Origin: an uncultured Bacteroidales bacterium
GTDB taxonomy: Bacteria; Bacteroidota; Bacteroidia; Bacteroidales; SZUA-534
Length of the DNA stretch: 53,840 bases
Assembly: GCA_965370965.1 (NCBI GenBank)
Contig: CBDUWQ010000002.1
Location: 1 to 53,840 of the forward strand
Direction: 5' to 3'
The translations under genes were made by a program, and so were the position numbers. Of the stretch, positions 26,533 to 34,244 are shown piece by piece. How positions within the stretch are numbered: the stretch's first letter is position 1; each line of letters opens with the position of its first letter. A model generated the notes under the pieces. It saw nothing but the letters and a program-made list of their open reading frames with translations, was not told the origin of the DNA and searched no databases.

Positions 26533-27645
26533 TTATTTACTAAATATTTTTCCTAAAACCTCTTTCGTAACATACCTAGGGTTATTACTTAACCGCTCAG
26601 TATTTACATTGTTGATTATTACATTTTTATCAAATTTTGTAATTATCTCACTTATTGATATGCTAATACCTATGCTGTTAAAAAATATTTCAATTTTATT
26701 ATTCGACTCTTCAATATCAATACCCAATACATCCAAAACTTTATTAATCCTTGCCCTTACTGCCAATGCTCCCCTTTTATCATTACAATCGGTATTGGTT
26801 GCATCATAATTATAATTCATAAAAAAAGGCAAACTTAAAGCAACTGCATGTCCGTGAGGAATATCATAATAACTTGTAAACGCATACGATATTGCATGTG
26901 GGGCAGTGGTTTTTGTGATATTAATTGCTTTGCCTGCCAAAAACGAGGCTTCAAGCATCTGCTCTTTTGCAGGTTTATTGTTCTCTAAAACAGCCTTTTG
27001 CAGATTTTCCCAAATTAATTCAATAGCCTTTAAAGCATACACTTGCGATTCTGTAGTTGCATTTACGCTCCAAACCGATTCAACTGCCTGACAAAATGCA
27101 TCTAACCCTGTGCAAGCAGTTAGGTACTTATTTGCCGACATTGAAAACTCCGATGATAAATAGACATAATTGGGCAAAATGGCACTATGAGCCACCGAGT
27201 ATTTTACTTTATCAATATAAACAACAGCAAAATGTGTAGCCTCAGCTCCTGTTCCTGCTGTTGTAGGAATCGATAATAGCTGTGTTTTGTTATCGGTTAT
27301 TTGTGCTTTGCCAAGTACAATACTCTCCAAATCATTATTTTGATGAGCAAAAACACTAATTAGTTTTGCCATATCCAAAACACTTCCGCCACCTATTGCC
27401 ACTATAAGTTCATAATTACCTTGTTTAAAAAGTGCGATACCTTTTTGTAGGTCTTTAAGTTGTGGATTGATATTGAAATCAGAAAAAGAGGTATATTCAA
27501 TGTTTTCAAGCAACATATCAATAAACCTGTCTCCGCCTGTTGCAGAATAAGATTTTTTCCCTCTTATCAGAAAAACTTTTTGCGGATTTATTTTGCTAAT
27601 CTGTTGTTTTAATTCCGATAGCTTTTTTATAACTATTTGACCCAT
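26533..27645 (-). CDS. Iron-containing (group III) alcohol dehydrogenase, phosphonoacetaldehyde-reductase-like
   Basis: 370 aa with motifs AIGGGSVLDMAK, PTTAGTGAE and HGHAVA. Its position directly after PEP mutase and phosphonopyruvate decarboxylase parallels the PhpC/FomC/DhpG context. Confidence 0.75.
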   Translation of the reverse strand: MGQIVIKKLSELKQQISKINPQKVFLIRGKKSYSATGGDRFIDMLLENIEYTSFSDFNINPQLKDLQKGIALFKQGNYELIVAIGGGSVLDMAKLISVFAHQNNDLESIVLGKAQITDNKTQLLSIPTTAGTGAEATHFAVVYIDKVKYSVAHSAILPNYVYLSSEFSMSANKYLTACTGLDAFCQAVESVWSVNATTESQVYALKAIELIWENLQKAVLENNKPAKEQMLEASFLAGKAINITKTTAPHAISYAFTSYYDIPHGHAVALSLPFFMNYNYDATNTDCNDKRGALAVRARINKVLDVLGIDIEESNNKIEIFFNSIGISISISEIITKFDKNVIINNVNTERLSNNPRYVTKEVLGKIFSK

Positions 27646-27678
27646 TTTACTTTTAAAACATTTATTACATATCTAAAA

Positions 27679-27742
27679 ACCATTAAAAAGTTAAGGTAAA
27701 TTAAAGTTTTCTCAATCTCCTTAATGCCTTAATGATTAAGTA
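27679..27742. repeat. Junction repeat copy C (64 bp)
   Basis: ACCATTAAAAAGTTAAGGTAAATTAAAGTTTTCTCAATCTCCTTAATGCCTTAATGATTAAGTA is identical to 27771-27834. Confidence 0.9.
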
Positions 27743-27770
27743 GTCTATAATAATTAAACACCATTTTTTT

Positions 27771-27834
27771 ACCATTAAAAAGTTAAGGTAAATTAAAGTT
27801 TTCTCAATCTCCTTAATGCCTTAATGATTAAGTA
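27771..27834. repeat. Junction repeat copy D (64 bp), perfect duplicate of copy C, 92-bp period
   Basis: It is a base-for-base repeat of 27679-27742. It ends immediately before the stop codon of the decarboxylase gene (27835). Confidence 0.9.
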
Positions 27835-28962
27835 TTAATCTTCAAGGTTTTTCATAAAATCCTTTTTATTATCAACAGGTTTTATGGTTGGTCGTCCCAA
27901 ATTATCGCGCGAACCCACCCTCACTTTTATCTCAATTAAAGCAGGACAAGTATCTTTAGAAATCCCCTTTAATGCCAAATCAAGCTCTTTGGCTATTGAA
28001 ACCGTTGCTGCCGATTTATATTTGCTTGCCATGGCAAGAGCAGGAATATCAATATTAAAGCTTACTGTAGGCTGTCCACCAACCGACTCGTGCGCTCCGT
28101 TATTAATAATTATATGAACAAAATTTTTCGGCTCCCGGCTCCCGGTAATAGCTAACGAGCCCATATGCATTAGTAAAGCACCATCGCCATCAAAACAGAT
28201 AACTTTTTTGTTAGGTTTGGCCAATGCTATTCCCACAGCAATTTGACTTGAATGACCCATAGAACCAACTGTTAAAAAATCGGAGTGGTGTGGCTGATTT
28301 AACTCTTCTCTACACTCAAAAAGTTCGCGCGATGTTTTTCCTGTGGTAGAAACAATAATCTCATCGCCTGATAACTGATTAACAATTTGCTTAATTGCAT
28401 CTTCGCGGCAAAGCTCAAAATTATTTTCAACACTCCCCTTAATGGAATACTTATCGAACGTATTTTTTTTGATAACTAAGGCATGTGGTGTATTCTCTTT
28501 TTTTATTTCTGCCAAAGCATTATTCAGTTGAGTTTGTGCTTCTGCTTCATCTTGACTTAATACGGTATAAGGAATTTTCATTGCTTTAAGCAAATTCAGG
28601 GTAACCTCGCCCTGTGTAATATGCTGTGGTTCATCTTTTATACCAGGCTCACCACGCCAACCAATCATTAACAAAACAGGTATATTATAAACCTGCTTAT
28701 CGGTTAACGAAAGCAATGGATTTACCGCATTGCCAATACCCGAATTTTGCATATACACCATGGGTATTTTATTGGTAGCCATGTGGTAACCGGCAGCCAA
28801 AGCAATAGCATTGCCCTCATTTGCTGCAATTATATGGTTTTCAACCGGTGCATTATCGGTAATATATGCACAAATATTCTTTAATAAAGAATCGGGAATA
28901 CCGCTAAAAAACTCAACTTGGTTATTTACCAGCCAGCTATAAAAATTTTTAGGATTAATCAT
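27835..28962 (-). CDS. ppd: Phosphonopyruvate decarboxylase (TPP-dependent)
   Basis: 375 aa with the TPP motif GDGALLMHMGSLAITG..IIINNGAHESVGGQ. The start overlaps the PEP-mutase stop (TAATG). Confidence 0.88.
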   Translation of the reverse strand: MINPKNFYSWLVNNQVEFFSGIPDSLLKNICAYITDNAPVENHIIAANEGNAIALAAGYHMATNKIPMVYMQNSGIGNAVNPLLSLTDKQVYNIPVLLMIGWRGEPGIKDEPQHITQGEVTLNLLKAMKIPYTVLSQDEAEAQTQLNNALAEIKKENTPHALVIKKNTFDKYSIKGSVENNFELCREDAIKQIVNQLSGDEIIVSTTGKTSRELFECREELNQPHHSDFLTVGSMGHSSQIAVGIALAKPNKKVICFDGDGALLMHMGSLAITGSREPKNFVHIIINNGAHESVGGQPTVSFNIDIPALAMASKYKSAATVSIAKELDLALKGISKDTCPALIEIKVRVGSRDNLGRPTIKPVDNKKDFMKNLED

Positions 28963-30263
28963 TATTTTGTCCCCGGAATTAAGTTAAGAATCTCTTTTAT
29001 TGACATACACTTGTCATTTGCATCAAACGAGCGCTCGTATGTGAGAATTGATTTTGCCACATCAACCATAGCAGGGTATGCACTACGCAACAAATGGTTG
29101 GCATAAATTACAATATTTACCCCGGCATCTATCAGTTGCTTTTCGTACATATGATTGTAACTCGATGGCACAACAACCAATGGTACCCTGGTTTCAAACT
29201 CATTATACCTTTTACAGAATTCCATAATCTCTTTACCGTCTTTCTCTTTGCTGTGAATCATCACGCCATCGGCACCTGCCTCAACATATGCTTTTGCCCG
29301 GGTAATGGCATCATCCATCCCCTGTTTAAGTATAAGGCTCTCAATGCGTGCTATAATCATAAAGCTTTTTGTTACCTGAGCTTTTTTTCCTTCTTTTATT
29401 TTATGGCAGAAATCTTCAATTTTAGCTTGTGTTTGAGGCACATCGGTTCCAAAAAGCGAATTCTTTTTTAAGCCGGTTTTATCTTCGATAATTACAGCCG
29501 AAACACCAAGACGCTCCAATGTTTTTACCGTAAAAACAAAATGCTCGGGAATTCCCCCTGTATCGCCATCATAAATAATTGGCTTTGTGGTAACCTCTAA
29601 AATATCGTTTAATCCGTGCAGGCGAGAAGTAACGTCAACCGCCTCAATATCGGGTTTACCTTTGGCTGTTGAGTCGGTAAGACTGCTTAACCACATGGCA
29701 TCAAACTCTTTTTTACGACCTTCAACTTCAACATCAATATTTTCAACAATCAAACCGGTAAGTCCATTGTGTGCCTCCATAACCTTTACAACCGGTTTCG
29801 ATTCAATAAGCCTGCGCAAGCGTTCCATCCTTATTTCAGGCGTAGTGCCAATCTCTTTAAGACTTTGGTTTAGCTGGGTTGATGATATTCCTTTTGTATA
29901 TGGCACTTCATAAAGCTTGCCTCCCCATTCCGATAAGGTGTCTATAACCTTTTGACGAGTTTTTTGCTGTACCCCATTTTTCCAATCATCACCATGTACA
30001 ACAAAATCGGGTTTTAGCTTAATTAAATTAGGCGCATAGTCTAATTCATTTTGAGGTACAACCTCTAAAACTCCTTTAATGCTTTCTATAATAATTTTAC
30101 GTTGCTCATACTTTAAAGTAGGCAGACGTTTGTAACCGGCAATAGCCTTGTCGGTAAGCAAACCAATAACTACATCACCTAATTTACTAGCCTCTTTAAT
30201 AATATTTAAGTGCCCCGGATGAATCATATCGGCACTCATGCCTACATATACTTTTTTAGCCAT
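28962..30263 (-). CDS. pepM: Bifunctional cytidylyltransferase (TagD-like, HxGH) :: phosphoenolpyruvate phosphomutase
   Basis: 433 aa. The N-terminal roughly 130 aa carry HPGH (HxGH) and [10 protein letters not shown] (RTEGISTT-like) cytidylyltransferase motifs. The C-terminal part carries the PepM-discriminating EDKX5NS motif, here [10 protein letters not shown], plus DGDTGG. Confidence 0.92.
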   Translation of the reverse strand: MAKKVYVGMSADMIHPGHLNIIKEASKLGDVVIGLLTDKAIAGYKRLPTLKYEQRKIIIESIKGVLEVVPQNELDYAPNLIKLKPDFVVHGDDWKNGVQQKTRQKVIDTLSEWGGKLYEVPYTKGISSTQLNQSLKEIGTTPEIRMERLRRLIESKPVVKVMEAHNGLTGLIVENIDVEVEGRKKEFDAMWLSSLTDSTAKGKPDIEAVDVTSRLHGLNDILEVTTKPIIYDGDTGGIPEHFVFTVKTLERLGVSAVIIEDKTGLKKNSLFGTDVPQTQAKIEDFCHKIKEGKKAQVTKSFMIIARIESLILKQGMDDAITRAKAYVEAGADGVMIHSKEKDGKEIMEFCKRYNEFETRVPLVVVPSSYNHMYEKQLIDAGVNIVIYANHLLRSAYPAMVDVAKSILTYERSFDANDKCMSIKEILNLIPGTK

Positions 30264-30276
30264 AATATTTTTTTTG

Positions 30277-30284
30277 CAAAAATA
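30277..30284 (-). promoter_or_regulatory. Candidate -7 box (TATTTTTG on the minus strand) for the phosphonate operon
   Basis: It matches TAnnTTTG, 14-21 nt upstream of the pepM ATG. It lies in the 73-bp divergent gap shared with the MBOAT gene. Confidence 0.3.
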
Positions 30285-30336
30285 TAAATAATTGTTGTTT
30301 ATTTGCTGCTTTTATTGATAATAAAGATAAATTATA

Positions 30337-31779
30337 ATGCTATTTAGTTCACTTGTTTTTCTCTATATTTTTTTACCTCTCACTTTATTGGGATATTATT
30401 TGACCCCACTAAAATTCAAAAATTCCTTTTTGTTTTTGGCAAGTATGGTGTTTTTTGCATGGGGTGGAGCAAGCTATAGCCTTTTACTCATTTTTTCTAT
30501 TATTCTTAATTTTATTTTTGGAATACTTATAGGAAAAAAACATAAAAAGAAATTTTGGTTAAGCTTAGGTGTATCTATAAACTTGCTATTTTTAATTGTA
30601 TTTAAATATGCCAATTTTATTATTGAAAATATTAATGAAGTTTTCTCGTTTATAAATCTCTCTCCCATTAATAATCCTACCATCCTATTGCCCATTGGAA
30701 TATCATTTTACACTTTTCAGGCAGTATCATATTTAATTGATGTTTACCGAAAAACGTGCGATGTACAACGAAATTTCATTAACCTTGGTTTATACATTTC
30801 GCTTTTTCCACAGTTAATTGCAGGTCCAATTGTGCGATATTACGATATTCAAAAACAGCTAAAAAACAGAACCCATTCTGTAGCTATGTTTAGCTCAGGA
30901 ATACAACGTTTTGTATTGGGTTTTGCAAAAAAAGTTTTAATTGCCAATACCATGGCTTATGTTGCCGATGAGGTATTTGCATTGCAGCCAAATGGGATTA
31001 GTTTGGGCTTAGCATGGATAGGGATAATAGCTTACTCAATGCAAATATATTATGACTTTGCAGGATATTCAGATATGGCTATTGGACTGGCACGTATGTT
31101 TGGCTTTGAACTACTTGAAAACTTTAATTTTCCTTACATAGCCAAATCGATAAAAGAGTTTTGGAGGCGGTGGCATATTTCACTGTCAAATTGGTTTCGT
31201 GACTACCTGTATATCTCACTTGGAGGAAACAGGTTAGGAAACAGACGCACAATTATCAATTTATTTATAGTGTTTTTTATTACAGGCTTTTGGCATGGCG
31301 CCAGTTGGAACTTTTTAATTTGGGGACTTGTACATGGCTTGTTTTTGGTATTGGAGCGAACAAAATTTGGAGAAATACTAAAAAAGCTGCCCTCATTTAT
31401 GCAATCATTTTATACTATTTTTATTGCCGTAATGGCATGGGTATTATTTAGAGCCGATACCCTAACTTATGCTACGCAGTTCTATAAATCGTTATTTGGA
31501 TTAAACACCGCAGACATAAACTATTTTGTTTTCTTAAAAATAGTAACCAGAGAATCTGTTTTTATATTAATAGTAGCAGTTTTAGGGGCTTTGGGTGTTT
31601 ATCAGAAAATTTACGATTGGGCAAAAAAGTATATCCAAAAAAGCAGTATCAAAATACAATATTCATTGACAGTAATTAAACATATTGTGGTGACTGCTTT
31701 TGTAATTATAGTTTTACTATACGGTACAGGCAGCCTAGTGTTAGGGGCATACAACCCATTTATCTATTTTAGGTTTTAA
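30337..31779 (+). CDS. MBOAT-family membrane O-acyltransferase (AlgI/DltB/PatA-like)
   Basis: 480 aa and polytopic. The signature FWRRWHISLSNWFRDYLYISLGGNR contains the conserved His, and WHGASWNF lies downstream. Confidence 0.88.
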   Translation: MLFSSLVFLYIFLPLTLLGYYLTPLKFKNSFLFLASMVFFAWGGASYSLLLIFSIILNFIFGILIGKKHKKKFWLSLGVSINLLFLIVFKYANFIIENINEVFSFINLSPINNPTILLPIGISFYTFQAVSYLIDVYRKTCDVQRNFINLGLYISLFPQLIAGPIVRYYDIQKQLKNRTHSVAMFSSGIQRFVLGFAKKVLIANTMAYVADEVFALQPNGISLGLAWIGIIAYSMQIYYDFAGYSDMAIGLARMFGFELLENFNFPYIAKSIKEFWRRWHISLSNWFRDYLYISLGGNRLGNRRTIINLFIVFFITGFWHGASWNFLIWGLVHGLFLVLERTKFGEILKKLPSFMQSFYTIFIAVMAWVLFRADTLTYATQFYKSLFGLNTADINYFVFLKIVTRESVFILIVAVLGALGVYQKIYDWAKKYIQKSSIKIQYSLTVIKHIVVTAFVIIVLLYGTGSLVLGAYNPFIYFRF

Positions 31780-31807
31780 AAAAAAAAATTTACTAAAGAA
31801 TAATTCT

Positions 31808-32953
31808 GTGAAACAGGCGATTAAATATAATCATTTTTTCATACTCTTAGTTTTTACTATTATATTAACTCTGTTTTTTGTTAATCAAACCATACCATTT
31901 ATTACCGATAAAGAGTATGATGAAAACAAAAAGAAAGCTGAACTGCCAGAATTTGACATTAACCATTTAGATGCTTATCCAAAACAATTTGAAGCCTACC
32001 TGAGTGATAACTTTAGCTTGCGCGGATATTTTTTAAAAACCATGGGTAATATTAATGCAACTTTTTGGAAAAAGTCACCAAAACCCGATAAACTAATCAT
32101 AGGAAATGATGGCTGGTTATTTAATGTTGAAAAAGAATTTGATACTTATAATGGTAAAAGGAATTTTACACAAGAGCAGCTTATCGCTGTGGTTAATGAA
32201 TTTAAATATCGCAAAAAGGTGTTAGACAGTATGGGTATTGAAATGGTCATTGTTATTAATCCAACAAAATACTCCATATATCCTGAATATTTACCCAAAT
32301 TTTTGGTTAACAATTATGCAACAACAAGCACCACGCAATTATTAGATGCAATACGCACCAAAACCAATGTTAATATTATTTACACCAAAGATTTTTTGTT
32401 GCCACAGAAAAAAAACCATAGACTATATTTAAAAGGTGATAATCATTGGAATACAATAGGGGGCTATTATGCTGCAAGAGGTGTTTTAAGTAAATTGAAA
32501 GTAACAAAGAATATTCCGCCTATCCCAATTACTGATTTTTGTGTGGACACAACTTTTAACTTTACAGGTAATCTTGCAAAAATGGCAGCTGATGCTGAAC
32601 TTTTTTCAGAAACTAAACCATTATTAAAATTGTGTAAAGATGATGCTATCGAATTTGCCCGCCATAAATATCCTCCCATAAAAGGATTCCCTTATCCATG
32701 GGCATATCAAAAAAGCTTTAAGTCGAATAACAGCAGCTTGCCCAATGCTTTAATTATAAGAGATTCATTTGGTGCTGCCTTAATACCATATATGAAAAAT
32801 ATGTTTCATTATAGCACTTTTATTTTTGATTCGTGGCATTATGAGTTAAATATTGATATTATTAAAAAAGAGCAACCCGATGTTGTTATATTTATGGCAT
32901 TAGAAAGCCTTTTGCCAAACTTTTATACACATAGGGTTAAAGGTATTAGTTAG
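31808..32953 (+). CDS. AlgJ/AlgX/DltD-like (DHHW-type) periplasmic O-acyltransferase partner
   Basis: 381 aa with an N-terminal anchor helix and the motif KGDNHWNTIGGYYA (compare DxHW of AlgJ-type proteins). It lies immediately downstream of the MBOAT gene. The start is a GTG. Confidence 0.7.
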   Translation: MKQAIKYNHFFILLVFTIILTLFFVNQTIPFITDKEYDENKKKAELPEFDINHLDAYPKQFEAYLSDNFSLRGYFLKTMGNINATFWKKSPKPDKLIIGNDGWLFNVEKEFDTYNGKRNFTQEQLIAVVNEFKYRKKVLDSMGIEMVIVINPTKYSIYPEYLPKFLVNNYATTSTTQLLDAIRTKTNVNIIYTKDFLLPQKKNHRLYLKGDNHWNTIGGYYAARGVLSKLKVTKNIPPIPITDFCVDTTFNFTGNLAKMAADAELFSETKPLLKLCKDDAIEFARHKYPPIKGFPYPWAYQKSFKSNNSSLPNALIIRDSFGAALIPYMKNMFHYSTFIFDSWHYELNIDIIKKEQPDVVIFMALESLLPNFYTHRVKGIS

Positions 32954-33009
32954 TATTTATCCAACAAACATTTTCATAACATTGATTAACAGTATGTTAA
33001 ATTAACATT

Positions 33010-33043
33010 GGACATATTTACCTATCGATAGGTAAATATGTCC
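33010..33043. terminator. Perfect 34-bp palindrome; likely terminator of the MBOAT/AlgJ pair and/or a protein-binding site
   Basis: In GGACATATTTACCTATCGATAGGTAAATATGTCC the 17-nt half equals the reverse complement of the other half. It is followed by AGTTATTTTG. Confidence 0.45.
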
Positions 33044-33065
33044 AGTTATTTTGTATATTTGTACT

Positions 33066-34244
33066 ATGATTAAACGAAATTTAATTCATAGTGTAAAAGA
33101 ACTGTTACGGTATTATCCTGTTGTAACGCTTACCGGTCCAAGGCAATCAGGTAAAATAACACTTGTAAAAACTCTTTTACCTAATTATGATTATGTAACA
33201 CTTGAAAATCCAGACACTAAAGCATTTGCAGAGTCAGATCCCAAAGGATTTTTAGAGCAATTTAAAAAGGGTTGCATTATTGATGAAATACAGCGAGTAC
33301 CGGATTTGTTTTCATATATTCAAGGCATAGTTGATGATGCAAATAGGGAGGGCATGTTTATATTAACAGGCTCTCAAAATTTTTTATTGCTCGAGAAAAT
33401 AACGCAAACTTTGGCAGGTAGAACTGCTATTTTAAAACTTTTACCTTTTGATAATAATGAGCTGACAAATAGTGGCATAGTTTTTAATAATATTAATGAT
33501 ATTGTTCTAAAAGGTTGTTATCCTCGTCTTTATGATAAAGGTATTCCACCTGATAAATTCTATCCATTTTATATTCAAACTTATGTTGAACGCGATGTGA
33601 AACTAATAAGAAACATTACAAATTTTTCAACATTTATTAAGTTTATAAAACTATGTGCAGGTAGAGCAGGACAAATTCTAAATATTTCAAATCTTGCTAA
33701 CGACTGTGATATTAAGCATGAAACAGCAAAAGCTTGGATAGCTTTACTTGAGTCCAGTTATATAATCTATTTTTTAGAACCTTATCATAAAAACTTTAAT
33801 AAACGGATAATAAAATCTCCAAAAATGTATTTTTATGATACTGGTTTACTTTGCTCGTTATTAGGTTTACAATCTACACAACAATTAATGCAATATTATA
33901 ATTACGGTGCTATTATTGAAAACTATATTATTTCTGACATTAAAAAACGCATATACCATAACCTATTAAATACATCTTTATATTACTGGCGTGATAAAAC
34001 AGGTCATGAGGTTGATTTAATTATTGAAAAAAGCAATAGCGACAACCCTATTTATATTGAGATTAAAGGGAATAGAACAATGTCAGATAAATTTTTTAAG
34101 AATATTAATTACTTAAAAAAGTTATCGGGTGAGTTACGTAAAGATAGCTATGTAATATATTGTGGCGAACAAAGTTTTCTGTCATCTGTTAATAAATACA
34201 TTAGCTGGAATAATAATGATGTTATTGATGAGTTAATTCGTTAA
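33066..34244 (+). CDS. AAA+ ATP-binding protein, DUF4143-type
   Basis: The P-loop reads LTGPRQSGKITLV and Walker B reads CIIDEIQ. The C-terminal half resembles DUF4143. The track start at 33051 is a TTG, and the ATG at 33066 is preferred. The 3' end overlaps the convergent amidohydrolase gene by 12 nt. Confidence 0.75.
   Translation: MIKRNLIHSVKELLRYYPVVTLTGPRQSGKITLVKTLLPNYDYVTLENPDTKAFAESDPKGFLEQFKKGCIIDEIQRVPDLFSYIQGIVDDANREGMFILTGSQNFLLLEKITQTLAGRTAILKLLPFDNNELTNSGIVFNNINDIVLKGCYPRLYDKGIPPDKFYPFYIQTYVERDVKLIRNITNFSTFIKFIKLCAGRAGQILNISNLANDCDIKHETAKAWIALLESSYIIYFLEPYHKNFNKRIIKSPKMYFYDTGLLCSLLGLQSTQQLMQYYNYGAIIENYIISDIKKRIYHNLLNTSLYYWRDKTGHEVDLIIEKSNSDNPIYIEIKGNRTMSDKFFKNINYLKKLSGELRKDSYVIYCGEQSFLSSVNKYISWNNNDVIDELIR

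Noticed and set aside
27679-27834. Possible mini-CRISPR array (two identical 64-bp repeats separated by 28 bp)
   Set aside because: There are only two copies. The repeat is longer than CRISPR repeats and the spacer is shorter than the repeat. Diverged copies occur singly at other gene junctions, and no cas genes are in the window. It is better described as an intercistronic repeat.
26609-29913. Plus-strand ORFs inside the ADH, decarboxylase and PepM genes (26609-26809, 26906-27091, 27057-27239, 27884-28117, 28918-29106, 29094-29471, 29587-29913)
   Set aside because: They are antisense to genes with strong diagnostic motifs (GGGS/HG, GDG..NN, EDKX5NS) and have no independent support.
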